A stretch of 64,000 bases of DNA from Lama glama (Eukaryota), in NCBI GenBank assembly GCA_028534125.1, contig CM052816.1:94862001-94926000 (forward strand), written 5' to 3'. Made by a program: the position numbers and the translations under genes. The notes beneath the pieces were generated by a model. That model ran no database searches. It was not told the DNA's origin and saw only the letters and a program-made list of their open reading frames with translations. Shown here in pieces: positions 1 through 11,317 of the stretch (within the stretch, counting starts at the first letter, position 1; every line of letters begins with the position of its first letter).

Positions 1-717
1 CTTAAGTGCCTAGAGCAAGAGGAAGAAGCACTGCATGTTTTCAGTCCTGCAGACTCTTACTTAAATTTACTTTGCATCTCAGGTCCAGCCTAGTTCCTTT
101 TCGCACACGAAACCAGCACAGAGAGGCATCCGTTTTGCTTTGAATGGAACAGACCCCAGAGAGGTGGGGACACTACACGCAGGTAGCTCTCTGAGGCCCT
201 TGTCTCACCCGCGAGAGGTCAGCAAATGGCTGCTGCAGCCTCTTCTCTCTTTCAAGCCAGACTCCAAATTCTTCTCTCTTTCAAAGGCAGAGTGGGTGAG
301 CAGTAGCCGGTGCCCTCAGGGTCTGCTAGCCTCCAAGCAACTTTTCAGAGTGTTTTTCTAAATGAAGGCAGGTGCCTCCCAGGAGGAATTCTGGTCCCTG
401 TTAAAGTAATTTTTTTAACACAACATGCGTCATCCTCATCTTTATAATTTTATGAAGACTTTCATGAACATACAAACATTGCTGTAATTGGATAGGTCCT
501 AAATTATTCATTGATGTTGATGTCAATTTAATGATAATAGCTAGTTCATTTGGCAAATATATTTTATTCTCAATAAACACAGATAATGCTGAGAGTACCA
601 GGTCCATTAAGTGGTGAGGCCCCATTTTTTGCAATGGGTAATATTGCATTACTTGCATTTTTCTTGTATTTAATTTAATTACCCAACCATCTGTTTTCTG
701 ATGTAAAAGGGATATAT

Positions 718-720
<3 letters not shown>

Positions 721-764
<44 letters not shown>
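721..764 (+). repeat. (GATA)11 tetranucleotide microsatellite
   Basis: Eleven perfect GATA units preceded by a short TA run. Confidence 0.97.
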
Positions 765-1469
765 TTCTGCCTTGTCATGAAAGGGCAAGGAGGAAAACCA
801 TTGCATCCTACTCCAGAATGATTTTTAGATAATTTTAGTTCTAGAGTTTAAATTGTAAAAATTCTGTAAACATTCTTTTAAACAGTGGATTGTCATGGCT
901 AAGATATATAAGCCGTTTTCATTCTTCCCTGGTGAAAACTGGGTAAGTTTTAGTGATTCTTCGCACATGCATCCCAGCTTTCATCCCCAAGAGACTGTCT
1001 ACATCAGGTTTAAGGATGTCCTCTTTGTAAACCAGCTAAAAGGACAGGCAGCTGGGGGAGTTTTGCTTTGTTTGATTGGTTAGTGTATTTTTATTTCTGC
1101 TGGGTGTAGGGTTCATCAGCCTCCATCCTCCTTACTTTTTATAGACTGCTCTCTCCTAAATTCCTGAAGTTCAGAGCTAAGCAGAAAAATAAACGTGAGC
1201 TATTGACGTAGGAACTACACTGGACCATATATCAAAGAATCGTTTAATAAGTGAATTTAAGACTGTCTATTCAGGTTATGTGTGAAATGCCCTCTCCAGT
1301 CATTCCCTAGCAAGTTCAGGAAACTAGCAGATAGAAGATTTGTTCAGTCCAGACCGAATTCAAGCCATCGCTTCCCTCTATGTAGTTCAGTATCGATAGT
1401 TTTTATTCAGTCATCTCTATTAATGTAAATAAATTGGAATCACACAATCAGTCTTAAGAGAGAAGCAGG

Positions 1470-2340
1470 CCCAACGATAAGATACCACTGCAATCTATCA
1501 GAAAGGCCAAAATCCAGAACACAAACGCCACCAAATGACGGTGAGGATGTGGACTGCCGGTGCGAATGCAAAAAGGTACCACTACTTTGGAAGACAGGTT
1601 GGTGGTTTCTTGCAAAACTAAACATACTCTCACTGCACAATCCAGCAGTAGCTCTCCTTGGTATTTCCCCAAAGAAGTTGAAAACTTATGTCCACACAGA
1701 AACCTGCACAAGGATGTTTCCAGTAGCTTTCTTCCTAACTGCCAAAACTTGGAAGCAACCAAGATGTCTTTTAGTAGGTGAATGGATAAATACACTATGT
1801 TACCTCTAGACAATGGAAAATTATCCAGCACTAAAAAGAAACAAGCTTTCAAGCCATGAAAAGACATGGAGGAATCTTAAATGCACATTACTAGGTGAAA
1901 GCAGCCAATCTGAAAACGCTACTTGCTGGATGATTCCAACTATGTGACATTCGGGAAAAGGCAAAACCGTGGAGACTGTGAAAAGATGAGTGGTTTCCAG
2001 GAGTCAGGGATTGGGGGAGGGAGGTGAACAGGCAGAGCATAGAGGGTTTTTAGGGCAGTGAAATTCTTCTGTGTGATGCTGTAATGGTGGATACACTTCG
2101 TCACGCATTTATCAAGACTCATAGAATGTACAACACCCACGGGTGAACCCTGATGTAAACTCTGCTTCGGGTGATAATGGCATCGATGTAGATTCACGGA
2201 TTGTAACACAGGTACAGCCCTGGGGGGAATGTTGATAATGGAGGAGGCTGTGCATGTGTGAGGACAGCGGCATTTGGGAACCCTCTGTACTTTCTGCTCC
2301 ATTTTGCTGTGAATGTAAAACTGCTCTAAAAAAATAATAT
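1470..2340 (+). mobile_element. Old L1 3' fragment (L1MC1-like), end of ORF2 plus 3' UTR
   Basis: Recognised motifs: gtgaggatgtgga, ttgaaaacttatgtccacaca, aagcaaccaagatgtc, aagccatgaaaagacatggaggaatcttaaatgc. Ends in an A-rich tail. Confidence 0.85.
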
Positions 2341-4329
2341 CCATATGAAATATTTTTTAAAAGAGAGAGAAGGAAACTAACACATGATCAGCACTGCACC
2401 ATTTCTGATGAATATGCATGAACTTACTGCCCTGTGACAGCCATGCTTCTAGTGGGTTTTATTTTGTGGTATTATATATATTGGCTATAACATTATATAG
2501 TATTTTATTGACTTTGTTTCAATAATATTACACCTAGAATCTTTTAAGACTTGACTTTTGAAGAATTCTGCATGAACTGGTAAAGAGGGTAAGGGAAGAG
2601 GGTTCATGGGCCTGAAATGATAGTGTAGGGGCTAAAACAGGGGTCCCGCCTGTTGGATGTGGAGCGATTGATGGGGAGGATAAATGGAAAATAGGTCGCT
2701 TGCCGTACAGGTACCATGTCAAAGAAGAGAGTTTCCTCTGATTGTCTTTCAAAGAGAGTTGTGCTTTATGAGCGTTTAAAATGAGTTTGCTTGGAGCCTT
2801 ACAAGAGTCTAAAGTTGGATACAAGAAGAAATCAGAAGAACTGGGTGCAAGGAGAAGTTGAAGGGAGGAGGGTCCGGGAGAAAAGCAGAGGGGAAGTGAA
2901 GAGGGCAGTATGGGGACCCATCCATTGCCACCCAGAGCCCTGCAAGGAATAACAACCCTGCAAGAGAACTGCAAGTCTACCCTATAGCTTTCTCTCTGAT
3001 CCCGTTGGGAGAGGGGAGGCTGTAGGAGGAAGAACCAAGGACCTGACCATCACATCTCACGTCTGTGAATGTCAGCTCGGATGATGTTTGCCTTCAGGAA
3101 ATGTGTAGGATTCTCATATTCTTAGATAAAATTCAACCTCAAGAAAACAAAAGGTTATTTTTTGTATTGGCAATCTAGTGACCCCCAAAATAAGAGCAAA
3201 TGAAAAAGTTTATCATCTTGTTTGAGTTACTCTAGATTAAAATAGAATTTAAGATTTCATTATAAATTTGGATATATGGCATTAATTAGGGTCACACTGA
3301 AAACATCATTTTCTCATTATACCATTAACTGATACTGCCTTCATTTTGAATTCATTTTCCCTTTTAAAGCTTTGGAATAATATTTTAATAGCTTAAATCA
3401 CTAGGTTGTATGAATGGGAAATATATTATCATAGATTAGGAATATTAACTATACTATACAGAGCAGCTAAAGTGGAGAGAGAGAGGTATAGATTTACTAT
3501 ACCATTTACTTTTAATACATAGCCAGTCGGTTAACTATAAGAATGGCTTTATTACTTCTTTTATAATAGTTTCATCATTACTAAAATAATTAAACCTAGA
3601 TAATTTTTAAAGTAAAGCACATACGTGTGATTATACACACACAGAGAAAATGACATTCATAGTTTAACCTTTTTGTGCAGAGGGAAATAAAGCGGATGTG
3701 TTATAGCTCAGATGTACGTACGGGACAGTGTCTAGCAAGAGACTTCATCTCTCTTGGGTGGGTGCCAATCAGGCCCTCGGTAAAACTGTAAGTTGGGAAG
3801 AAGTTGTTTTCTGATCCTTTCTTAGCTTTTTCTGATTGACCCAACAATGCCTTAAGCCACCTTCCACTGCTGCTGTTGGCACCGCAGGCGGTGTGGGCAC
3901 CTCAGGGACTTGCTTCCCAACCCTGTCCCTCTTTTGGGGGAGAGGGGGAGGCTCCTCTCCTCTGTCCCTGGTCCTGATCTCACCGCAGGTGCAATACCAC
4001 ATTTGTGTTTTGTAAATGAGGGACATAGAGCCCACAAGTTCTGTGAGGATTCCAACTTCTCCTGCTTTCATTTGGTTGATAGATGGAAATAATTCCTCCA
4101 GGCATATTCTGAATCGTGAGATGGTCCACCTTGAGTCAGTGGTGCATGTGCCCCTTTTTTTTCTTGTCAGCTGCTGCCGGAAGATCCATTGTAGCCCCTT
4201 GGAGACGTTAGATGTTCACAGAAGGGGTTTTTCCCCCTTGGAAGAGGGGTAGTACTCAGTCTTGAAAAGGTGATGTTAGCCAACCTGAGGAAGAAATACT
4301 GCTGTAACGAGTAATGCACTCCCCCACCA

Positions 4330-4690
4330 TTTACTCACCAAATATCTATTGAGCATCTACTGTGTACCTGGCATTGCTCTTGGAACAGGAATGGGGATCT
4401 ATCAGGGAACAAACCAGGAGACTTGCCCTCAAAGAACATACGTTCTAGCAGAAGACAGACAATAACAAGAAACATAATAAAGAAGTCAGGACAGAATAAT
4501 TGCTCTGAAGGATGCTGTAACAGATAAAGGCAATGCCAGAATGCTGGGTTGGGGAGTGGGTGTGGTTCAGATGGCAATTTTAAACAGTGTGGTCAGAGTA
4601 GCCACATAGAGAACGCGGCATCTGAGCACCTTTGAAAGAATCCGGGGATTTAGCCATACGCCCCTGCATATCTGTGGGATGAATGAGTTT
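4330..4690 (-). mobile_element. L2 3' end remnant
   Basis: aaatatctattgagcatctactgtgtacctggca is the reverse complement of the L2 3' terminus. Confidence 0.75.
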
Positions 4691-5028
4691 TCTGTAATAA
4701 AAAAACTAAGCAGGGAAGGTGCCATATTATACTCATTCATGCCAAATTACAATTCTTCAATCCCTGAGGGGCACTGAAGTTAAAGAAAGAAACATTACTG
4801 CGTGAATTCTATTATTTTTCCAAATAAATGCAGAAATATTCAAATACAACTCTGCTAACGAAAACTGCCATGAAATGGCCTGTATGTAACTAGACAGTTT
4901 GTTTGCAGTTTAAATTTTCGAAATAGCCTAAAAATTAAAGGACAGCAAGAAGAACACACATCTAGAAACATACTGCAAGTTTTTCTTTTCACTTACTTAT
5001 TTGTAAAGCACCCACGTTTTCTTTGGGT

Positions 5029-5482
5029 AAAAAGAATACCAGAATTTCTGGGTCTAGAAGTGAAAAGAAAAAAAGTGAATGAAGGGCTGCAAATGGCAAA
5101 ATGTCCTTTCTTAAGGGTGAGTTGAATCCCATCACATATATATGCTGCATCTTCTTTATGCATTCATCTATCGATGTGCACTTAGGATGCTTCCATATCT
5201 TGGCAATTATAAAGAACGTTGCTGTTAATAGCGGGGTGTGTGTATCTTTTTGAATTAATTCTTATTTGGGGTTGGCTTTATTCCTTTGATAACTACGTAA
5301 GTTTAAAATCTAAAGCTCTAAACGTCCTTAGAAACAATGAACAGTACATACATGTAAATTTAAAAAATATATTCAGAATATTGTGTATATGTATTTACAT
5401 GTAATATATTATATATGTGCTGTCAAATTGTAACAATTCTACCTAATAAAACTGAAAAATGAAAAAAAGAATACCAGAATTT
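5029..5482 (+). mobile_element. TSD-flanked composite retro-insertion containing an antisense L1 fragment
   Basis: AAAAAGAATACCAGAATTT at 5029-5047 and 5464-5482. AATAAA at 5445-5450 followed by an A-rich tail. Antisense L1 sequence at about 5088-5260. Confidence 0.8.
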
Positions 5483-6077
5483 AATATTATTGGGTTGTTA
5501 TTATTAATCAAATACCACCGTTAAGCGCAGCACACCTTGGTCTCAGGGTTCTGACCAGCTGTCATGATGAGTGAAGTTCTTATTTTCCAGATCTTCTCAG
5601 ATGAAAAGCCTCTGTCAATTCTGGTTTCTCATGTAGCTTCTGGTTCCTTTGAAAGGTTGGGAGCATTTCCCTAGTAAATGTACATCCATTCTGCAGCCTT
5701 TTAAGACGGTGGTTACATTTAATAAGTCTTAGGAGCGAGCAGCATTTTTGCCTCTCGGTTGCCTTCATGCCATGAGTATGTGGCGTAGTTTTATAGAGAG
5801 AAGTGGCTGAGACACCCGATGGGAGGTGGAACTCACCTTTCCAGAATTCTGCAGCTTTAAACGAAAGGCATTTGAATTATTATCGGTAGGCTATTAAAAC
5901 AAGTAAAAGCAATAAAATCTAAAGAGAACCACAGTTTGTTTTCTTTGCCCTTTGTCAAAGGTCTCATTCAATTCAGTGCAATTAATTGTAGCAACTCCTT
6001 CATATGAAAAACCTGTCTGGGTTTAAATAGCGAACGCTTCCTCTCTAAGGCAAAAGGTGTGTCCTTTGCTCTTTCAG

Positions 6078-6291
6078 ATAAGGCGACAAGGAGGCATCCA
6101 GCTCCTGGTGGACCTGCTGGATCATCGGATGACGGAAGTCCACCGCAGTGCCTGTGGCGCCCTGAGAAACCTGGTGTACGGGAAGGCCAACGATGACAAC
6201 AAGATCGCCCTGAAGAACTGCGGCGGCATCCCGGCGCTGGTGAGGCTGCTCCGCAAGACCACCGACCTGGAGATCCGGGAGCTGGTCACAG
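6078..6291 (+). CDS. CTNND2: Delta-catenin (catenin delta-2) internal coding exon, armadillo repeats (probably the orthologue of human exon 11)
   Basis: Translates [71 protein letters not shown](G), which I recognise as CTNND2 rather than PKP4/CTNND1/ARVCF. Acceptor ctttgctctttcAG ends at 6077 and the donor ACAG|GTTAGA starts at 6292. Length 214 bp, phase 0 in, phase 1 out, GC-rich third positions. Confidence 0.97.
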
Positions 6292-6981
6292 GTTAGAAGC
6301 CTTTTTCCTTAACCGCAGGACTGACTCTCTAGATAAATTTTCCATCATCACTGCCGCAAGGTGCTAACCGGGTATCACGGTGCTGGGCATCTCCGAGGGC
6401 TGATAGCACAAGCAGTCCCAAGGCGTGTTTGCCGATGACAAAAGTGGGTCAAGGGTACCAGGTGTCACACTGGTAGGCTGGTCATTTAAATAATTAGAAT
6501 GCAATTAACAGAACCATCCTAAAATTCTATGACCCTATTTCAGTCTTCGTCATCTGATTTAGAAGTAGTTGACATCTTACAATACCCGCGGGTCATCATC
6601 AGAATGACGTCAGTAACAACTGAAGAAAGGAAAAGGCACGTGAGTTACGGGTCATAAGGTATGTGTTCTGGTTTCTAGTGCGGCTAACAGCAGAGAGCTT
6701 ATTGTACGTGGCAGTTAATTTCTTGAATAAAATATGGATGCCTAGTAGAAGCCCCCAGGTTATGTAATATTACATATTAAGGGATTTTTCAAAAGTGGTC
6801 ATGAGAGAAAGCCTTTCCACGAGCGCGGAACCTTCGAGTATTGTGAAACTGACGTAATTATAGTAACTACCTCCCAGAGCCGTGAGTGAATGGGAACGTG
6901 TGAAGCCTTCCGCGCGGACCTTTCTTGGAATCCGTATGGACATAGGAAACATTAGTCATCGGCTATGTCCCTCACTTTTTA

Positions 6982-7263
6982 TTTTACTTTATTTTTTTCT
7001 AATATTCTTAGTGCTGTTCTTCTTTGTGTTGCTGAAGTGTCGTCGGTTACAATGTGTCAGTTTCTGGTGTGCAGCATCATGTTTCCGTCATGCATATACA
7101 TACATATATATTCGTCTTCATATTCTTTTTCATTATAGGTTAGTACAAGATATTGAATACAGTTCCTTGTGCTGTACAGAAGAAATCTGTTTTTAATCTA
7201 TTTTTATATATAGTAGTTAATATTTACAAATCTCGGACTCCCAGTTTATCCCTTCCCCTCCCC
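6982..7263 (-). mobile_element. 5'-truncated lineage-specific L1 3' end
   Basis: T-rich tail, then tacaatgtgtcagtttctggtgtgcagcat...tacaagatattgaatacagttcc. TSD GTCCCTCACTTTTTA at 6967-6981 and 7264-7278, at a TT/AAAA-type site on the minus strand. Confidence 0.9.
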
Positions 7264-8249
7264 GTCCCTCACTTTTTAAATGTGCAGTTTTACTTGTTGG
7301 AGGCCGAACGGCGTCAGGGCCTCAACATGGCGTTTCAAATGACTCTTCTTGATTGTGTACAAATCACTGGTCTACGTGATATTTGCCTTTTGGCGCATCA
7401 AAGTACCCCTTCCAGCAAGTATCTGGCAAGTGGATTGCAAAGTTGACTGTCGAAAAAGGATCTTTTAATTATCCATGATTCCACCAACCTTCTGTCTTGA
7501 CTCTAATATTTCCTTGTAGCCGTGCTGATGAACATATGTGAGCTTGTTCATTTAAGAAAATACATGACAGAAGCTAGAGTCATAAATATTTGTTCATTCT
7601 TGGGTCAAGACTCCCAGGATAGTTTCTGTGATTTATACCCTTTAAGATGATTGTCACATCTCTTCGTACTCTTAGCTAGATTAGAACTAGACCTCCATTT
7701 TCTCTTGTTTTGTCTTTAAGTGAAGGACTGGCTTTCTGGGTGAAAATTAAGTTGTTAAGGGTTGCAGTGTTATAATAATGTTTCACACTGGACTAACGTG
7801 GGGTGACATAGTCAGGGAAGATAAAGCTATTACTATGCACATATGATGTGTAGGATAGTTTGGAGGGCAGTTAAATAGCTGAAAACATACTCTGCCATGA
7901 CAGTTAAGAGCACTTGTCCTTATTTTCATGGATTGCGTTTAAATCGGATGTGCCTGGAAGAGAAAGGACTCAATGTGTGTGATGGAAAACAAACACCATG
8001 GTGCTTTTGTGCGTTAAGACCTTGCCGATGGACGTGTGAGGCCAACACAAGTCAAAGAACATCCTGCTGTATACTATTCCAGTTCATAATGTGAAAGAAC
8101 TAGATTTTACTAAAATTTGGATTTTCTCCAACACAAAACCCTTGTCTACAAGCGTTCTCTGCGGTGGCTTATCTCATTGCCAAAGAAACTTAGCCACGTG
8201 CAAAAGGTTGAGGTGATGGACGGCTTCAGTTAGAAAGGAGCTGGCAGCA

Positions 8250-9620
8250 ATGCCTCTGTCCCATGACATCGCCCTCACAGCACACCCTGTGCTTCGCGTG
8301 ACATCAGAAGCCGAAATGAAGGAGCTGACGGCGGGCTACCCCGTTGGCCTCAGCGCTGCTCCGACAGCTGCTGGGCGCCACCCGTCACGTGCACCTGTGC
8401 AACATCCGGAGCTTCTCTGGGAGCCCCGTTAGGAAACAGCAGAGGCAGATGAACTCTTCCGAACGTCAGCAAGCTTCCCTTCCTGGCGAAGCTTTGGCTG
8501 TAGGAACGATGCTCGTACTTACTACAGGGAGAGCGCAGGTGCCTCTCACTCTCCCCCGTTTGAGAAGAACCAAGGTTTCGCCCACTGTTTCTTCATCAGC
8601 ATGAGCGGGTGGCCCAGACGCTCTCCGCCGCCCCTCCTGGAAGAAACGCCGTCTTCTGCTCCGACGCCATCCGAGCCGTCGGAGCGGGAAGGATGCAGGG
8701 TGACAGTGGCTGTTGCTGCTTCAGCGGGTGTGTCGTTCTGCCTCGCCAGAGGTAGGCTCTTACTGTGCGTGGCTGAACTTCGGACATGAATTTCACCTTT
8801 TCAAAGGAAAACACGTGGTCAAAGCATTTAGGCTGGCTGAAGCCCACGGTCACTGGGGTCGCCATGCTGATACTATGGGTGGAATAACTAGACGATGGGT
8901 GCCGTGTGAGAGAAAAACAGCAAGCACCTTGGCCAAGTACCACTCTAGAAGAGGAGACTGGAAGGGAGCACGCAGGAGAGCGTTCCGACGGGAAGGGGGC
9001 GCCGCTGCGGGCCAGGCTGCAGTAACGGAACCTTCCAAATGCCCACACTGGCGGGACCCGGGCGGGACCCGGGCTTGCCGAGGAGCCCGCCACACCCTAC
9101 CGACTTCCTTTTCGACAGAGCATCAGGATGCAGATCTAGCCAAAGCTGACTCCACTGCCTGCTGCAGAGGTAAAACGAGGCAAATGGATTCACCTCCAAG
9201 AGCCTGAAAGTCGTTTTCATCTTCAGCAGCAGCGGCGCTCATCTGCCAGAGCGAGCTATGAAAGCTGGGATCCTGTCGGCGCCTGCAGGCTTTAGGAATC
9301 CAGCACACTGAACTCGATTTTACCTCAAGGTCATCCAATCCTCCGTTTCTCTTATGTACTAGTCTCTTTCCTCTCCTCTGAGACTCTTGTCTACACCTAA
9401 GTGAATTTTTTACTCCACTGAGTCCAGGCCCTTCATTCATTCCTTAGTCGCTCGTTTCTCAAATGCTTTTGAATGTCTGCGGTGTCAGGTGTGTGCTGAG
9501 CCTTGACCATGTATCTGCACGTGGGGGGCTGGCGGTCAACTGACCCAGCCCGGCACAGCCGCCTTGATGCTTACGCCAGCGCCCACTTATGGTTGGGGGC
9601 CCCGCTGTGAACTGTCACAC
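8250..9620. promoter_or_regulatory. CpG-rich intronic segment (CpG-island-like, function unknown)
   Basis: About 15 CpGs counted by eye in 8581-8760, against almost none in AT-rich parts such as 33100-34000. No repeat recognised. Confidence 0.4.
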
Positions 9621-10903
9621 CCTTGCATTACTGGCTGCAAATCATTAAGAGCATTGTCCCTGGCAAACGTGTCCATGTTTTAGAAACTTAACCAGACAGA
9701 CGAGCAGAAAAAGAGTCCATGGCTCTAGAGGGTGGAGTAGAGGGTAAGAGGACAAAGGATCCGATCCGTTCACTTCGTTGTCACAAGGACCGTCCTCAAA
9801 ACCTTCTCTGGAATTAGGTTAGACATGCGTGCATGAATTAAATAAAACAAGGAACTGTGCCCTTGACTTCCTTTCTCACTTTTCAGCAGACCTAAAACGG
9901 AGTTCAGCAAGGAGTAGGGACGTTCCGGTCCCCTCTCATGCTCAGAGTTTTTTGTGTCGTGTTCTTCCTGCACGTTAGTGAACTCTTGAAAACAGGTGTG
10001 TGTTGTAAAAGCATTATAGTATAAGGGAGAGTGATGTAGGCTTTGAATTCCTCCCTAGATGTTTACAAACTCGGATGTTTTGTAAACAAATACTCAGAAG
10101 AACAATTTTAGTAATTAAAAAAAAATAAAGCATGTTGATAAAGCAGACTTTAGATTACACTTACGCCATATATCCAGAAGGATCTGGAGCAAAAAATTAT
10201 AAACAATAAAAGACTAAAAGAAATAAGTGATCTTGCAGAGCTTTAAATTATGTACTGAGGATTCCTTGGCAAACTGTTTGAACAACAATAGAATGTTAGA
10301 AATTGAGGTATTTACATTCATTTACATTCAACACATAACCACGCATGCTTGAAAAAACAGCTGCCTGTTTGCACTGCAGTATCTATTCATAGTGGAATAA
10401 ATTTTGCCACGGCCTGTTAGGCCTTGCAATAAATAATTTTCTTCCTATGCAATAATTGCCATGAGATGATGATCAGAATTTTATGTAAATCCAGTTGAAG
10501 CTATTATCTGCTAGCCATTGCTTGAAATGTTCTAAGCAGATAAACTTTGATTAGCAATGCCACATGTCCTTTGAGCTTGACTAATACAAGTCTCTCTCTC
10601 TAAACACGGAAATAATCAGCCTAAATTTTGAATGCCCAACTAAAGATTTCAGAATGCCTTCCAAATCATAATAAAGCCATTTTTATTAAACCATAAGACC
10701 TAATAAATAAGTTGTGTTTCGGTCGGAAGCAAGCGTCCTAAGACTTCCACTTCCCCGAGAGCAAGATGTGTTCTTTCATCTTAAGCTTCGTACACCCAGG
10801 TAGTCTTTCCTTTTAATTAAGGAGACAAGCCTCAGTTTGACTACTTTACGCACTAGCATTAGGACCATTGATTTAACGCTTTAGTCTCCAAAGGGCTCCA
10901 AAG

Positions 10904-11317
10904 TCGTTATGTGACCCCAAAATTTATATGTTGAGGTCCTAACCCATAGACCCTCAAAATGTGACTCGGATGTAATTAGTTAAGTTAGGGCACTAAGATA
11001 GGATGGCCTGTAACTGATACAGCTGATGTCTTTATGGAAAAAAGAAATTTAGACACAGACACATCCAGGGGAATGCCATGAGAAGATGAAGGCGGAGGTA
11101 GAGGTAATGCTGCAAGCCAAGAACACCAAAGATGGCCAGCAGACCAACAGGAGAAAGGCATGGAACAGAATCTTCCTCACAGCCTCAAAAGGAACCAGCC
11201 CTGGTGACACCTTGATCACGGGCTTCTAGCCTCCAAAACCACGAGTCAATGAGTTTCTGTTACTGAAGCCACTCAGTCCATGGGACTTCGTCACCACCAT
11301 CCCAGGAAGCTGATACA
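10904..11317 (+). mobile_element. MaLR solo LTR (MLT1B/C-like)
   Basis: ccccaaaatttatatgttgaggtcctaaccc ... gacaccttgatc ... cttctagcctcca ... aggaagctgataca. Confidence 0.85.

Larger units (their letters stand above)
1..6077 (+). other. CTNND2: CTNND2 intron, 3' part (upstream exon outside window)
   Basis: Ends in a polypyrimidine tract plus AG. No armadillo-coding sequence upstream in the ORF track. Confidence 0.85.

Noticed and set aside
401..778. 125 aa ORF with IYLS repeats
   Set aside because: Translation of the GATA microsatellite plus AT-rich intron.
6057..6296. 79 aa ORF as a standalone gene
   Set aside because: The start is a GTG inside the polypyrimidine tract and the stop lies in the donor site. 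Only 6078-6291 is exon.
8596..9440. Overlapping 80-165 aa ORFs on both strands
   Set aside because: No recognisable domain. The Arg/Ala/Pro/Ser-rich composition is expected from GC-rich non-coding DNA.
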